From Ylistrum balloti (lineage: Eukaryota), in assembly GCF_031769215.1 (NCBI RefSeq), contig NW_026782467.1:124001-188000 (forward strand): DNA of 64,000 nt, written 5' to 3'. The position numbers and the translations under genes were made by a program. Shown here in pieces: positions 24,991-39,027 of this stretch. How positions within the stretch are numbered: position 1 is the stretch's first letter; the number at the start of each line of letters is the position of its first letter. A model generated the notes under the pieces. That model did no database searches. It worked only from the letters and a program-made list of their open reading frames with translations, and was not told the origin of the DNA.

Positions 24991-25740
24991 AGCCTCACTC
25001 TGAGACTATTCGGGCCGTCGTCTTGAATTCAAACGTTCCAGTCCGGAGATGATGACTATCACACGAAGTTCAAACAAAACATTTTGACGAACCAATCATC
25101 ATTACAATGTAGTGGTGATCACGTAAGAATGATCTCAAAACCATCCACATTGTTGTTTTGTGTCACCGGTCAGCGGACACATTCCATTTTTGGTTTTATC
25201 CATTTATTTATTATCATAACACCTGAAGAGCGTTGGTTCTGTATGTAACACGTAAATGCACCGTTGACAGTCATGCACAACTCGTTATTTTTTTTTTAAA
25301 TTGCACAACAATATAGTGTTTTGTATTAGATACAATAATTAGTTCAAAAATTTGTGAACGATGTCTTTTATGTGTCATTTTGTGATCGCTGTCATATTTT
25401 AAGCAAACCTAAAAAAGAAAAAGAAAATTAACTCTGTGTTTGTTCCCTTACGTTTGCGACTACTTTCAATTTAAGCTAGTTCAGCAAACGAGAATTAAAT
25501 AACAAATTTTCATTTGTCAGATTTTTCATACGAAATATAAGGTCATTTATCTGTTTATGTAGAAAAGGGAAAAATAATAAATTTACGTTTGTTTTTCTCT
25601 AACGAACTTGAATGCGAAAATCTCTAGAAACATCTTTGAAATGTTTTGATTAATTTTCATGCATGGTTCATTTGAAGGATACAGTTATATGTTACCTTTA
25701 TCCTTTCCCTGTTCTTGGAACGTAGCCTCTATTTGTGGGC

Positions 25741-25793
25741 GCCGCCATTTTCAGTCAGTTTGAAATCAATGGTATGTTTACGCCACCTAGCGG
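25741..25793. promoter_or_regulatory. Adjacent YY1-like and CTCF-like motifs
   Basis: GCCGCCATTTT (25741-25751) and CGCCACCTAGCGG (25781-25793; reverse complement CCGCTAGGTGGCG). Motif match only. Confidence 0.3.
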
Positions 25794-28700
25794 TAAGCAT
25801 TTTCAACGTCAACGTTTTGGCGTCAAAACTGACCATGTGACAACCGTCATCTAAAATATCATTCGACAAATCATTGCGTCGATTTTCCTCGTTGCATAAA
25901 TTTTGTATTTCAACAAAAAAAAACTTCAATCAACTGATACGTATATTGAACTATTAGTCTTATATTTTAATTGTTTATATTTGTAAAGAATAGAATGATT
26001 ATCTAATAAAAACATCATAAACCTTTTATAAGCAACGAAATAAAAATCCAAAGCAAATTTTGTTTTTGTCTCCGCTTTTTTTTGTTCACATGACATACAG
26101 GTTTTGACAGTACCGACGTGTTTGTTGTGTGTACGATCGCTTCAGAAACAACCCATCGGGTAGGTGTATGATATGGCAAGATGAACATTTTTTGTTGTTG
26201 TTGATCCTCGAAGAAAATTACTGACTGATACCTCAATAGACATACAAGTAACTTCAATGCAAAATGATTTTTTAATAACACTATGGAAGAAGATCCCATT
26301 TTAATAACTTAAAGACAGACTTTCTAATTATCGACCTAACGTTTAGCTTCAACAGGATCGCCATACCCTGTATATAGTGTAGCCTATACCTTTAGATTAT
26401 ATTGTGATAATCAAGTTCCACTAAGTTGTGTACCAAACAGACGTGGTCGAAATCATCGATATATTGTGTTGATTTCACAACAGTTGCCGGGCAAATCATC
26501 GCTGAGCAAATTTATTTCTTATCCCTGTTATTTTATTTCACATCGAATAATTCGCTACAGGGCATCATTTACGATAAAACCACAAGGTCTGAAAAAGCGC
26601 CCTTAGCGATGTAAAATATCAATAATGTGTGTTAAGCTCTCTGCTGAAGGCATTAAAAGTTTCATTTTTTATTCCACACAGACATATAAATGAATAAAGA
26701 AATACAACTAAGAATTTGCTATGAAACATATCCCTGACTTTAAACGTATGAGACCTAACCGCACAAAATTAATATGAAAGATAAATATAGATTTTTTATA
26801 ACGACTCGCTATGTGATAGAGCCAGTTGCATATTGTACATAGAATTGAACTTTCTGCAAGAGCTGTAATGAACTTCCGTTAACCAATGAACGACCCTAGA
26901 GTGTTTATATCCGGAACTCATCTTGGTCAGACTACTTGTTAATCATCAGTGACCTTGAAAGATACTTGACACCGTACTCACTCTCAACAGTCTTCAATCG
27001 AACACACATTAAATTCAACTGTTCCCCTCTATGTTCAGACCTGGTAAAATCTGATCAGTCTAAATGTTAAAGAAAACGATAAAGGATTCAACCAAGTTCT
27101 GTGAAGAAATGACACACGCTGACATAAATATATACTTTTAAACGGGCCTCGTGAAGAGTAAAATAGATACCAACAGATGAGATGAAGCGGATCTCTAGTC
27201 TCCTGGTGGGTTGATGTAATCACATCTTTGGATTCCCGCAGCTGATTGGGAGATGATCGATTTTTGATGTATAATTCATCTATAAGTCACCCCTCCTAAG
27301 CTATATACACACACTGACGAATATTTAACTGATAATGAATGCTCGCCTGTTTCCTTTGAAGTCACAGTTTGTAGTAATTCCAAATCTCTTTACAACAAGG
27401 CGTTGTGAATGAAATCATGTTATAGTTTTATTTTTCTGTATAGAATTCAATTGATATTCTTTAATTTAGTTGATGACCAACTTAATGTATAAGAAATATG
27501 TTGTATTTAGTGACTATGTTTTGGTAATTAAAACCAACTTCAGTGGAATCTAATTTCCCAAAGCTGTAAAGACTACGAAACATCGATCTGTAGGGACACC
27601 ATAAAACTGCTGGAAGCTGTACCGCGTGTAGCATCGTTAGAACATTCATTAAATCCAAGGTTGCTTAACAGAATATTCAAGCAAAGTACCTTCCTTACGC
27701 AGTCGGAAAACATCCCCCGTTTTTTGTTTTACACGAAACAGTTTCGTCTCCCATCTTATTAATCAGAATAAAATTCATCTAGCTTCGATATTGCATATTT
27801 ATCAACAATTTTATACAAAGAGCGAAAATACCATGAGTAAATAAATGTCAAAGAGCTCGACCAGAAATACATCCGCGTATTTAGTACGTACCTAACTGAA
27901 ATTCGAAAAGTCCCGGTCCAACAAATGTAATTGTGTTAAGGTATTTTTATAGTGCTCAGTATTACTAAAGCTACGTTCCTAACATTGCATCGTCGAAATT
28001 CCTTATTATACTGACAATGAAGGATAAAGTGCCAGTTATTTACCGCTTATCTCCATGATTCCTTTCACTATGCTTATCTTTTTGCTTACCGTGTGTTGAT
28101 ACATTAAAATTCCAAACTCAGAAACATTATCCCCTCTCTTCGGACGTCCGGTTTTTGTTGGCGTATAAAGTGTACACAGTTTCCAAGAAATTATACATCC
28201 AAAGTTGACACTGTAATAGAATCAAAATTTGTCATCAATCATGAATATGTTCTGCGATCCCAAGTGATTTATAACACTAACGAGTCAGTGAAGTTACGCT
28301 TTGTTATATTACAATAATAAAACATCATTCACGAGTACTAAGGCGAGCGGAATGATTCAAGTGACGTCAGAAGTATATTTCCACTCCCTTGTAGACGAGA
28401 GTTATCGAACACGCTTTTCATTTCAGGTATCCATAATCTTCTCTTTTTAGAAGTCCAATAGGAGTGCTGTTTGGCTTTTTGTATACATTGGTTACCTATC
28501 ACAACCACTATGTTATGATTAACCGGTATCGAACGCGCCAAATGACGATCAAAACGAATGCACCTGTATACTCCACAATATCATTTTTGTATTGTCATAT
28601 CTTGGAACAGTTTTCATGTAGAAGACTTGTCGCTCCTAATGCTGGTATAATCACGCTGTATATATTTATAGGTCGAATTTCCGTTCTGTCCCACACAAGT

Positions 28701-29815
28701 ATAACAGCCTCACGTGCGTTACCCAGCGTCTCCCAAACAGAAATGGAGAAACTAGTCTTTTTTACAACATATATATTCTACCCCAAGTCTCTGTAGCCCG
28801 TGGGGGCTCCACATGGGGTATTGTAGTTAGCACAAATATCATAAGTAGTTATGCTGCAATTGTCAGTAAAAATTAGCTCCCCTAACGACCTCCTGCCAGC
28901 GTGTTATGTTAACGCATTGGTATTTTTGTCATGTATAGAATGGGGGATTCGAGGCACGCCGGGACTTGTGGGGAAAAACTCCAGTTAGACAATGCTACCA
29001 GGCAGTACTCATGTAACATCAGCGTATTGTATCCATGGAAATTCTCAACATCCAACAACAACTCGTTATATATGTATCTCTGGTAAACTCATACATCTAC
29101 GGTAAGACGACTCCCCAAAACTTGTCTAGAGCATATGGAATATTGTGTTTGGATCCTGTGTGTAGTCCCGGTCTCGTAACATAGTTAATACTTAGGTAAT
29201 TCCTCAGAGATGATACTGGTCGGTTCTTAGTGTTGAAAGTAGAGTTCCTTTTGGTAAAACGATTTTCAGTATTTTTATGTACACCGAGTCTAATCGTGTT
29301 GCCAAACGCGCAGCAAAGTGTTTCTAACGTGCACATAACTGCTGCAATAAAACTCCATCAGAAACAAAAATGGCCCTGCTTTTTTTTCCCTCTCTCTCTC
29401 TTTCAGAAAAAAGAGTATTCTCTGTTCATAACCATATCGTAGCTTGTCACAACGTGATGAACACACAAGTGCGGAATCCCATGGATTGTACGCCAGTCAA
29501 ATGATACACTAATACACACTACCACACTCTATCGTGTGAAAAATGCAGCGTGCTACAACTCTTGATAGTCTGCAGGGTTTAGTTCAGATATCATATAAGC
29601 AATAGAAACACTTATGATACAAGTAACGGACTCTAATATACTTGCCTTTTGAAATTTAAGATCTACTTCCACTTTCCCAATAAACGTTTCACAAGACTTG
29701 TCAAGCGGGAATGTGCATTTATATGAAACAGTGTGATCCTTGATTAACGGATCGATCTGTAACGATCTTAGTGGTTCACGTGCCCGTCAGGGAACCAGAA
29801 TTGTTTATGTCAGTA

Positions 29816-29829
29816 CCACTAGGGGGGCC
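29816..29829 (+). promoter_or_regulatory. CTCF-like motif
   Basis: CCACTAGGGGGGCC versus consensus CCACYAGRKGGCRS. Motif match only. Confidence 0.25.
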
Positions 29830-31610
29830 ATCACGCTCACAACGGACAACGGTATTGAGAAATAAAATCTAATTTAGCACTAAAGAATAACATTACATTT
29901 CTGTTAATGTTGACCGCTACAACAATTATAAATATATAATACGTGTTATATGTATGTACACAATATACAGGAGACAAACATGAGTAGGTAATAAATAAGT
30001 AATTAATTCCGTAAAATACGTCACGTTTTGTAAATTTGAATACGTTTTCAAGGAGAAATAATATTTGGACAATGAGTGACTGATCAAACATTATTTGTTT
30101 GTCGTCTAAATTGCTACTTGACAATGGGAAATCTTCCTACGGGACAATGGAACAGCAGAAAATGTATCGAATCTCCTTACCGAACAATGGAGCAGCGCTT
30201 AATGTATCACCTTCCAGAACGGTGAAATGTCAAGTTGTATGTAGAAACGCACGAGTGCAAATAAACGATTTAAAGGGTCATTGTGACAAATTACCCGTAC
30301 AACACAGGTCGATGTTTTGATTACAATCGACACTTCTTTGACAATCAGTTCTGTATCTCGGACATAGCTCATTGACATCGTCATGTGAAATAAACAAAAT
30401 CTCTATGGTATTCGGACCTCTCGAATATAAAAATAATCTCTGAAGTATTTCGATTTCTGTACAATAAACAAGATGCCTTAAGAATTCTGATCTCTGTTAA
30501 ATGAAATGAACAAAAGCACTCTACCATTGTGATCTCTGTAAAAAATTCCATCTACAGATTTGTGTTTAGAAAATGGTTAGGAGATTCTTGTTATAAAATA
30601 GATAAAGGAAAAACGATATTGTCATTTACAGGATATCTTAATATTATGATAGAGGACCACATATTAAGTCCATGAATCAAATGACAAGTCTCTCTTTCAC
30701 CAACACAAGTACTTATTATCCAAAATATATTCCACTTTGGGAGTGTATTCCACTTTGGGAGGGGGGGGGGATGGTTGTCGATTGTGACAATTCTCCGTGA
30801 CGCGGGTTTCTCTTAATTATCCTGACATGATCTACACAACACTGTTACGACGCATTGTGACCATGGTCTTTGATCCCTGATTCAGACAATAACTAGAGTA
30901 TGTTCCGTACTAATAGCTTGGCTTTCTCCCAACCATTTTAGGTGTTTTACAACGAAGGACAGACGGACGGACGACACATCTAGCGAGTTACAGATACAGA
31001 GTACACACTTAATAGCTCTGATCTGATATCAACACCTCTAGCTAGTAATGTACCAGTAGTTCATTTATAACATGTATAAGGACGTCTGGACAGACGAGTA
31101 GCATGGTTACATAAAACCTACGGATCTTTACCAGGCGTTTGATAATCTTTATATATGTATAACAAATTTAGATAAAGCAACGTACACATTGTTAGACAAA
31201 GCATATGAAAAATATCAAAACAAAGAAATGTAATAATTTGTCTTTTACAGGTCAACAGCTCCATAAAATGTTGATTTCATGTTAAAACAATCCTTACATT
31301 TGACATTTACAAGCGTCCTGTTGACTCCGTTATATATAGCTTGTTTTTATGTTGATTACAAGTGCTATATGAAAAAGTGTTAAACATTTATTTTTAACTC
31401 ATTGAAATATCCAGTCGCTTTGAAATATAATACCTGCGTGTCACGTTTCATTCGGATAGCTTCACGCACGCACACATGGACTTAAAGTTCTTTTGAAATC
31501 ATTCTTTACTGAAAGTTATGAACTTTATTGAACGCCATAAGCGTTTTGATATTTATTTTGATCGAATTTTGTCTTCAGCCCTTGCAAAGTTTCAAACGAT
31601 GGTCCTTAGA

Positions 31611-31785
31611 ATCACTGACGAGACCTAGAAGGACGAAACGGCTGTATAATGTATCATCACTGACGAGAACTTGAAGGTCGAAACGGCTGTATGATGTATC
31701 ATCACTGACGAGATCTAGAAGAACGAAACGCCTGTATGATGTAGCATCACAGACGAGAACTAGAAGGACGAAACGGTTGTATAAT
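31611..31785 (+). ncRNA. Tandem array of four 45-nt minimal type-I hammerhead ribozyme motifs
   Basis: Each unit reads CATCA-CTGACGA-GnnC-T(A/T)GAA-G(G/A)nC-GAAA-C-GGCT-like loop-G-TA|TGATG-TA(T/G). Cores at 31615, 31660, 31705 and 31750 (the last is CAGACGA, mutated). Predicted GUA cleavage after 31646, 31691, 31736 and 31781. Confidence 0.85.
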
Positions 31786-34700
31786 ATTGTAAGATTTGCC
31801 ATTTGGCTCTATGGTTTCTAATTCTAATTTGTATCAAGAGATGTCTTTTGTTCAAGCTTTAAGTGTAACGGTTTTTTATCATATAAGTATTACAATGCAG
31901 GTCCCCATATGGTGACGTGGATGGCTGATGACTGGTTGAGTTGCTGGTTGGTTGACTCTGTCGACTTGGTTGGTTGACAGGATTTTCGTCTCTGCGACTC
32001 CTCCTGTGTCTGGGTATCGTCTCACCGACGGACGGATTGTTTATATAAACGGACGGGTGTAAACAGGGACATTGCAAGTGAAAAAAAGCAAGGGAAATAT
32101 CAAGATCCAAAGTGTTGCAATGAGGACAGCGCCTTTATCTAGATATCTTCAATGTCCTCTTGGTAGATAAACCATCCGATTCTCCAAGTGGATCACTTTT
32201 AATAATGAGGCAGTAGAATGCAACGTCCCTATTCTCTTCGGTGGCTCCTAAATAGAAGACATCAGAGAAGTTCTGTCCGTCCTGCTGACTTGTCCCATAA
32301 GTATTGCCTCTCCCGACATGTAGTAAATATACAGTAATGATAAGATTACATCTGATCTTGGTCAATAATCGGTAAAGTCCTATTACTTTTATCTCATTCC
32401 ACATCTGTTTAAATCATGGTACAACTTAACCTTGTGTTCTTGTCTTTACCCATTGCACAATGCTGTTTTCATCTGTATATATGTAGATAGCGATTTAAGT
32501 AAACTACTTCAGCGTGTAATATGCTGTTCAATTCTATAATATGTTACATTATGACCCATGAAATATGTTCCATATTTACTTTCATGTATAATATCTTACA
32601 GAACTATTTTTCTATAAGGTGTTTAGTATTCTGAGCTCAATTTGTTTATTTGAATTTTAAGCGTGCAGTTATGTACATTATTGTACTTCTGTGCCATTAT
32701 ATGACATAAACAATCTGTTTTTGTTTAGGACTAACGACTGCCGCCCTATGTTATCATTTGCGTAAGTGTGTTATAACTTACACAGACCCGTAAAATTATA
32801 CCAACAAGTACCATCACAAAACTACTTGAACGTACAGCGCAGCCGTCGACCTTCCATATCTGAGTCTAGTATTCAGATATACTCAACTGCTACTGGCAAA
32901 TCGGATCTGAATAAAGGCTAAGAAAATGATGCGTTTTTATGTATTGAAAACGACTGTGCAGACAACACGAGGCATTAACTTCTAGATTGTAGGTTTTTCT
33001 ATAACTCTTATTTCCATATGATTACGAATAAAATTTTGTTGCGAGACTATGGAAATGCATGGACAAGGAATGGAAAGAAATGTACAAGTGTATAAAAAGG
33101 AAAAAAACAGCGATAGATTCGACAGACCTGTCATTTTTTCATGCTGCCTTATGCATGGACAACAAAGATGAAGATATCTATATTTTTAATGTAAATCAAA
33201 GACACAATCATTGGCATTGGTAATAATTTAATAAAACGAGAAAACTGGCATGAAATCATCCCGCTTTCTTATAGAGTAACACTGTGAATTTGTTATTACA
33301 TAAACGATGAAAAATACACAATTCAATTAATGAAGCGTGGTTTTGCTTGCATGGCTGATTGATGTAGGTTGGAAGACTTAGTTCTCACGAAGTTCTATGA
33401 CGAGGGAACAGATATTCCTCACACCAAAAGATCAAAGAATAATGCCGAACTTTGATTTCTTTTTCGCGTTCATGAATGACCAGTCCTCCTTCTATCACAC
33501 CACCAATATATTCTCTACGTTCTTTCTCCTATCCTCCTAAGTCGTTGTTGTTTACTAGATACTTCTCGCAACATCAACCACAGCAGCTAGTTATAAAGAA
33601 TATTGGCAAGTAAACATATCTGTGAACCTCAGGATCCCAATCAATAACAGAATCATCTCATGTAGATCAAACGTTCAGATGAATCTTGAACCCACCTGTG
33701 TATTAACAGGCATCAACGTTATTTGTTTGTAATTTGTCTTCCCATTAACTGATAGCGTGCTACAGAGACGTAGAGATGTACATAAGATGACAAGAATCAA
33801 CACCACTCTGATCAAATGTTAAGAATTCATCAGGTTAGATCTAGTTGTTATGTAATATTGTTAGACTGGTCAGATCAACATTACAGCAAAATATATAAAA
33901 CATTGCCGTACAGAGATTTATATAAAAGAGCCTCATATGACGGATTATATACCATTTCGCAATTCCTCGCTGTTGTGTTTACCGTCGGTTGCCACTAGCT
34001 ACGAAATTCGACCTATGAGAGGTCACTCTCCTATCATGGTGGATAGAAAGATTATTCAAAACGTCACAAATGTCACGAATTTTCTTCCGTAATACAGACG
34101 AAGAAGCCTACTTAATACCCTAAACTATTTTAATATGACATCAAGTGTGTGTTTTGATGTGCGAACTACTTCCGACACGAATGCTCTCAGTCGAAAACAC
34201 GTCTGATGGGTTGGTAGATATACATATGTATAGATATATAGATAGATTAGTTGTTTGCTTCAGCTCGGACGTCTATCAAGCGCTAGTTATAAATTAACTC
34301 AAAATTGCTTAATGTCTAATCCATAACCATACTGAGTAACATTTATTTAATTCTATTATTTACATTCATAAATCTTATATTCGTCCTTCAAATAGCCTTG
34401 AATAGCTTCCCAAAAAACCTGGGATAATTTAATAATCACTTCACAAAACTATTTTGTGAAATGCTAATCACAGTGTTAATTATCATAAACAGATCAAGGC
34501 CACAAGATTCAAAACTGTTTGTCCCTTGTCGAGACAAATCAAACAGAATATTGAAATAGTTCCTACAGGAAATAAACATTATTTCTGCGTAATTGACCAT
34601 CACGTAAGGGATTAAGTTTTGCTGTGGTAACTCACATGTAAACAACTGAAGCCAAATCTGACATCATGAGGCGGTCTTACGTAAATCTCTCGACGATGTT

Positions 34701-37604
34701 TGTTTACAAATTTAAACTAATCCCGTTATATTAAAGAAATATTGAGAAAATTATTACCAGCGATGTTTTGGAATACAATGTTGTCCTGATCTTCAGCGTA
34801 CATCTTCCAATAAGGTAAAGCTGACTTTGTATTACGTATGTGAAAAAAAAATATTGCGTGTATTTCAAGAATGAAGACGAAAACATTGTAAACATGTCTG
34901 GAATTTTCTAGAAAAGATATTGATGATTTAGGAACTATATCTAGAAGCTGATCAAGTTAAATACAGAACTATAATGATACAATGGATAAACACATAACAA
35001 ACAGGAGTCTTATAAAACATGGATATCTGATAAAGATAGAATATTATCGATAACTGTGAAGTTCTCTGGACGTTACAGATAAATACACGCTTCCATGGCG
35101 CCCAGTGAAATATCCGACACACTTTTAAGATAGCCATCATCTATTCGAGCGTGCCCTGATATTTGGATTTATCATTGATAATGCGAAGTAACAGAGATTT
35201 CCAATAAAGCTATCCCAAGATAATGATAAAAAAACTTAAGTAAAATATACAACACCACTGAAGAAATTCACCAGTAGATCTTTGTCAATGCTTAACTTTT
35301 AGGTTTTATTTAGAGTAAATGCTTTCTCGGATCACGTGAGTAGAGTAGAGCACAAAATGATCGTAGGACTTTCGAGTATTTAATATTGCTTATGTTATAA
35401 ATGACAAAGGTGCCAAAGACGCCGAGATTGAATCTATCTCATTCATATTCGTTCAATGTAGACAACGGGAGTCTTTCAGAGACGTGGAAGACACCCGTTC
35501 CTGATACAAATTGTCCGTCCTTAAAGTCACTGATCTCTGCGCAGTGATTGGTATTGTCACCTAGATCACCTCAAACATGTGCTAATTAGTGGAACACAAA
35601 AGTAATTTTAGATCACTAGCGGATTATTTCGAATAAAAGTATCATGACCCAAGATAAAGACAAAAGGATTGAACGAGGACTGAGTCGATAAATTTGGAGA
35701 ACGAACAATGTCATTGATCTGTGTGAAAGAGACGACGATAAAACTGTACGATTCAAATTCCAAAATGTCTTAAGGTAGATAAACATTGCGAATTGATTAC
35801 TAATTCAGACAGATCTGCATCTGTTATGAAAATGGAAGGGTTTTCACGAATCATTATGTTACTATGGTCAATAGGAAAGAAACAGTTATCGTGCTTTCTA
35901 CATTACAAGGTACGTTGTAAGAACTGAAAGAAACACGTCATACTTTGTCATCTAACTGATGATATCCATATAAGATACATTTGTTCAATATCAAATTGTT
36001 GAGAACGTCCTACACAAGATCGATCTCCCTTTATTTTAAACTAAGTATCTAATTGCTACATCCTTTGATTACTCCCGTGGCGTTTGTCGGACTCTTTATC
36101 CGTGATTGGCAACTGCGCTCGGTGTCAAGGATGAAACAAAGCTGGCCTACTATTGGAAGATGACACAGTTGACTGTAAACATTTCAGTGTAAGAATAAGG
36201 GCACCCACATAACAGTACTAAAGATACAATAAGAAAGGTCACGTATCGTGGCCAAGGGTCATATGTCGCCATTAGGACTAGACTATCGAAGAACGAAGAA
36301 CATGGAAAGAAAACAGGCGTCAAAACCCCAATCAACTGGCGACATTATCACTAACGGAACTATAAAAGTACACTTAACGATATAGTATCCATCAACCAGT
36401 TGTACATGTAGATGTATAAAAACGTGTAACTGCATGTAATTTTTATGAATACGATCAACTGTAGAAACAAAATCCATATATTTTTGAAGCACCTGCTTTA
36501 GTTCTCGATTTTACTCCACTGGCAAACTTCTCTCATTTTTAGAATAGACATCCCTATGTAATAGGAGACTACAGCTGAGAGAAAATACTCATAGCTACAG
36601 AGCTCCTTCTTCATATTGTTGCGATAAAAAAAGATCTACAGTCTACCATGCTCTAGTATTGCTTCTTGATATACAGTTTTTTCTGTAGGTTATATCCCCA
36701 TAGCATATTTACATATACTCACTCTACCCACAGTCAGATCACAAGAGCTGTTTTACCCGCTTTAACTTTTCATCCCAAAATTTTTAAAACTTTTTCAGGA
36801 GTCTCCGTGTAAATCTTTCTTTTGTTCATATTTTGTTTTATGAATTTGAGTTTGAATAATGTTGTCATGTTAATATTTTCTTGATGTTTTTTTAATGACG
36901 TCGTAAAGCGGTGCCATGAAGATATTTGCTATAAGACCCGCTAACTTGAATTTTAGAATTACTAGGATTATTGATAAGCGACATACTGAGCGTGACGGAA
37001 AAACCGCTTCCGGAACTTCGTGGTTTATTCTTTCGTACACAATGCATTTATTGTTTTCTCGGTGTCTCCTCTGCTCTTATTGAAATGTTATCCTGGTTTT
37101 TGATGCCATGATATTAAATGCATTCTTTCTGCTCCGTGTTTAGAAATATTTTCGGACATAGCTTGTCTCCGCCGAGTATCCTTTCTGAAAAAGATTAGGC
37201 ATGATGTATCCCATATTATGACGAAAAACTGTACCAGTGACATATGTCTAACCAAACCATCAAGAGTTGGTGCACACTAAATTTTATAAATGATACAAGT
37301 AAACTGTGCTGTGTAATGCAAATTTAGAATTATATACGGAAGACCCCGATGAGAACTTAATTTGCATCATACAGCTATTTTGACTTTCTAGAATGCTGTG
37401 GGCCTAAATTGTTGAAACATAAGTTGGTCGAAAAAGACGGTCGAAATCCATGCTAAGAACCATCCGGTAAGGTGTGCTAGCTTCAGAATTCAATAAATAC
37501 ATACATTTGTATGTCAGAGATCTGCTTTCAAATGAACTAACGCTTGTGTTTATACTGAACAAACACATATTTCATACGAAGGAGACAACCTTGACGACAA
37601 CAAA

Positions 37605-37649
<45 letters not shown>

Positions 37650-37725
37650 ATGGCGACGGCGGCGATGGTGTGGTGGTGGCTGTGGTGTAGAGATGATGAT
37701 GATAATGATGATGATGATGATGATG
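37605..37725. repeat. Compound (GAT)n microsatellite
   Basis: (GAT)15 at 37605-37649, a GGC/GGT-rich spacer, then a second GAT run to 37725. Confidence 0.95.
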
Positions 37726-38643
37726 CCATTGAGAAACTGAGTATGACGATAGCTGTCATACTGTTTCAGCATAACAGCATCCTCTTTACAAGTCTATCAG
37801 AGTGTAGGGAATTTGAAAGATATCCGATAACTATCATAGGTTTACAGTGTATCAAATACAGTACACTGATGCGAAAATAACGCTACTAGAGTGCTTTCAT
37901 TATATGTATCAAATGTTACCAAAGCTTCCATCATTAACCACCATTTAATTAACAGAGGAAGAATACAGCCTGCAATGTTTCTGTGGACTGCCTTTGACCA
38001 GGCTCTAATCCCTGGAGTGTTGGCCTAATGTGCGATAGTTATTATAAAGCTATACTTCACTGCCCACCAATCCTCCTCAGGATGTACGATGTTCACGAAT
38101 GGAAGTTACTGATTATAACTAAGCATCGATATGTCGTTACGGACTGGGAACGTATCTGTGTTAACGAAGCAATCTAAACGACTAAAGGTGCTCTAAGCTT
38201 CGTGTGATTATATCTTAAATGTCTTGTTTACAAACAATGAGTACACTCAACTTTTATAAGTAACGGACACATCATAAGAATATCTACACACCATGTTTTA
38301 TTTATGCATTAAAAAAGTGTTCGCGATTGCTTTTAAAATGAAACCTAACTAAGCTGTGACTGACCTAAATAACCTTAAGATATAAAAAGAAGCACTACTA
38401 CACTAAATGACCCTGGGTTATGAAAGATCGAGATCAATAACTGATAAATGAGGATGGAGCAGTCGGAGTGACACTCTAGTCATATAGGCAGTGAAGAGTG
38501 TAGGGGATTTAATATCAGTCATAGTAATGACACGCGTAAGTTTCAAATTAACAAAGTATGCGCCACCCAATTTTGTTGTTTAACTAGGCATTCCTTATTA
38601 GTGTTGTTAGGGTCTGTTGATATCAACTCAACACTTTGTGCCC

Positions 38644-39027
38644 GCTGCTGTGGCAACGTCACAGGGTCAAACGCTGCTGTGGTAACGTTTCAGTGCCAAA
38701 CGCTGTTGTGGCAACGTCTCAGGGTCAAACGCTGCTGTGTTGACGTCTCAGGGCAAACGCTGCTTTGGTAACGTCTCAGGATCAAACGCTGCTGTGTTGA
38801 CGTCTCAGGGTCAAACGTCTCAGGGTCAAACGTTGCTGTGTTTGCATATCTGGGTCAAAAGCTGTTGTGGTAACGTCTCAGGGTCAAATGCTGCTGTGAT
38901 AACGTCTCAGGGTCAAACGCTGCTGTGTTGACGTCTCAGGGCCAACGCTGCTGTGGTAACGTCTCAGGGTCAAACGCTGCTGTGGTAACGTCTCATGGTC
39001 AAAAGCTGCTGTGGTAACGTCATAGGG
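38644..39027. repeat. 29-bp minisatellite, about 13 copies
   Basis: Unit gctgctgtggtaacgtctcagggtcaaac; anchors at 38644 and 38673. Confidence 0.95.

Noticed and set aside
28340-28720. Minus frame with YTC and YRC motifs suggesting Ig domains
   Set aside because: The spacing is wrong, stops intervene and there is no splice support.
33400-33750. Possible RTE-like RT remnant (minus frame ...EYIGGVIEGGLVIHEREKEIKVR)
   Set aside because: Similarity is too short and weak without a search.
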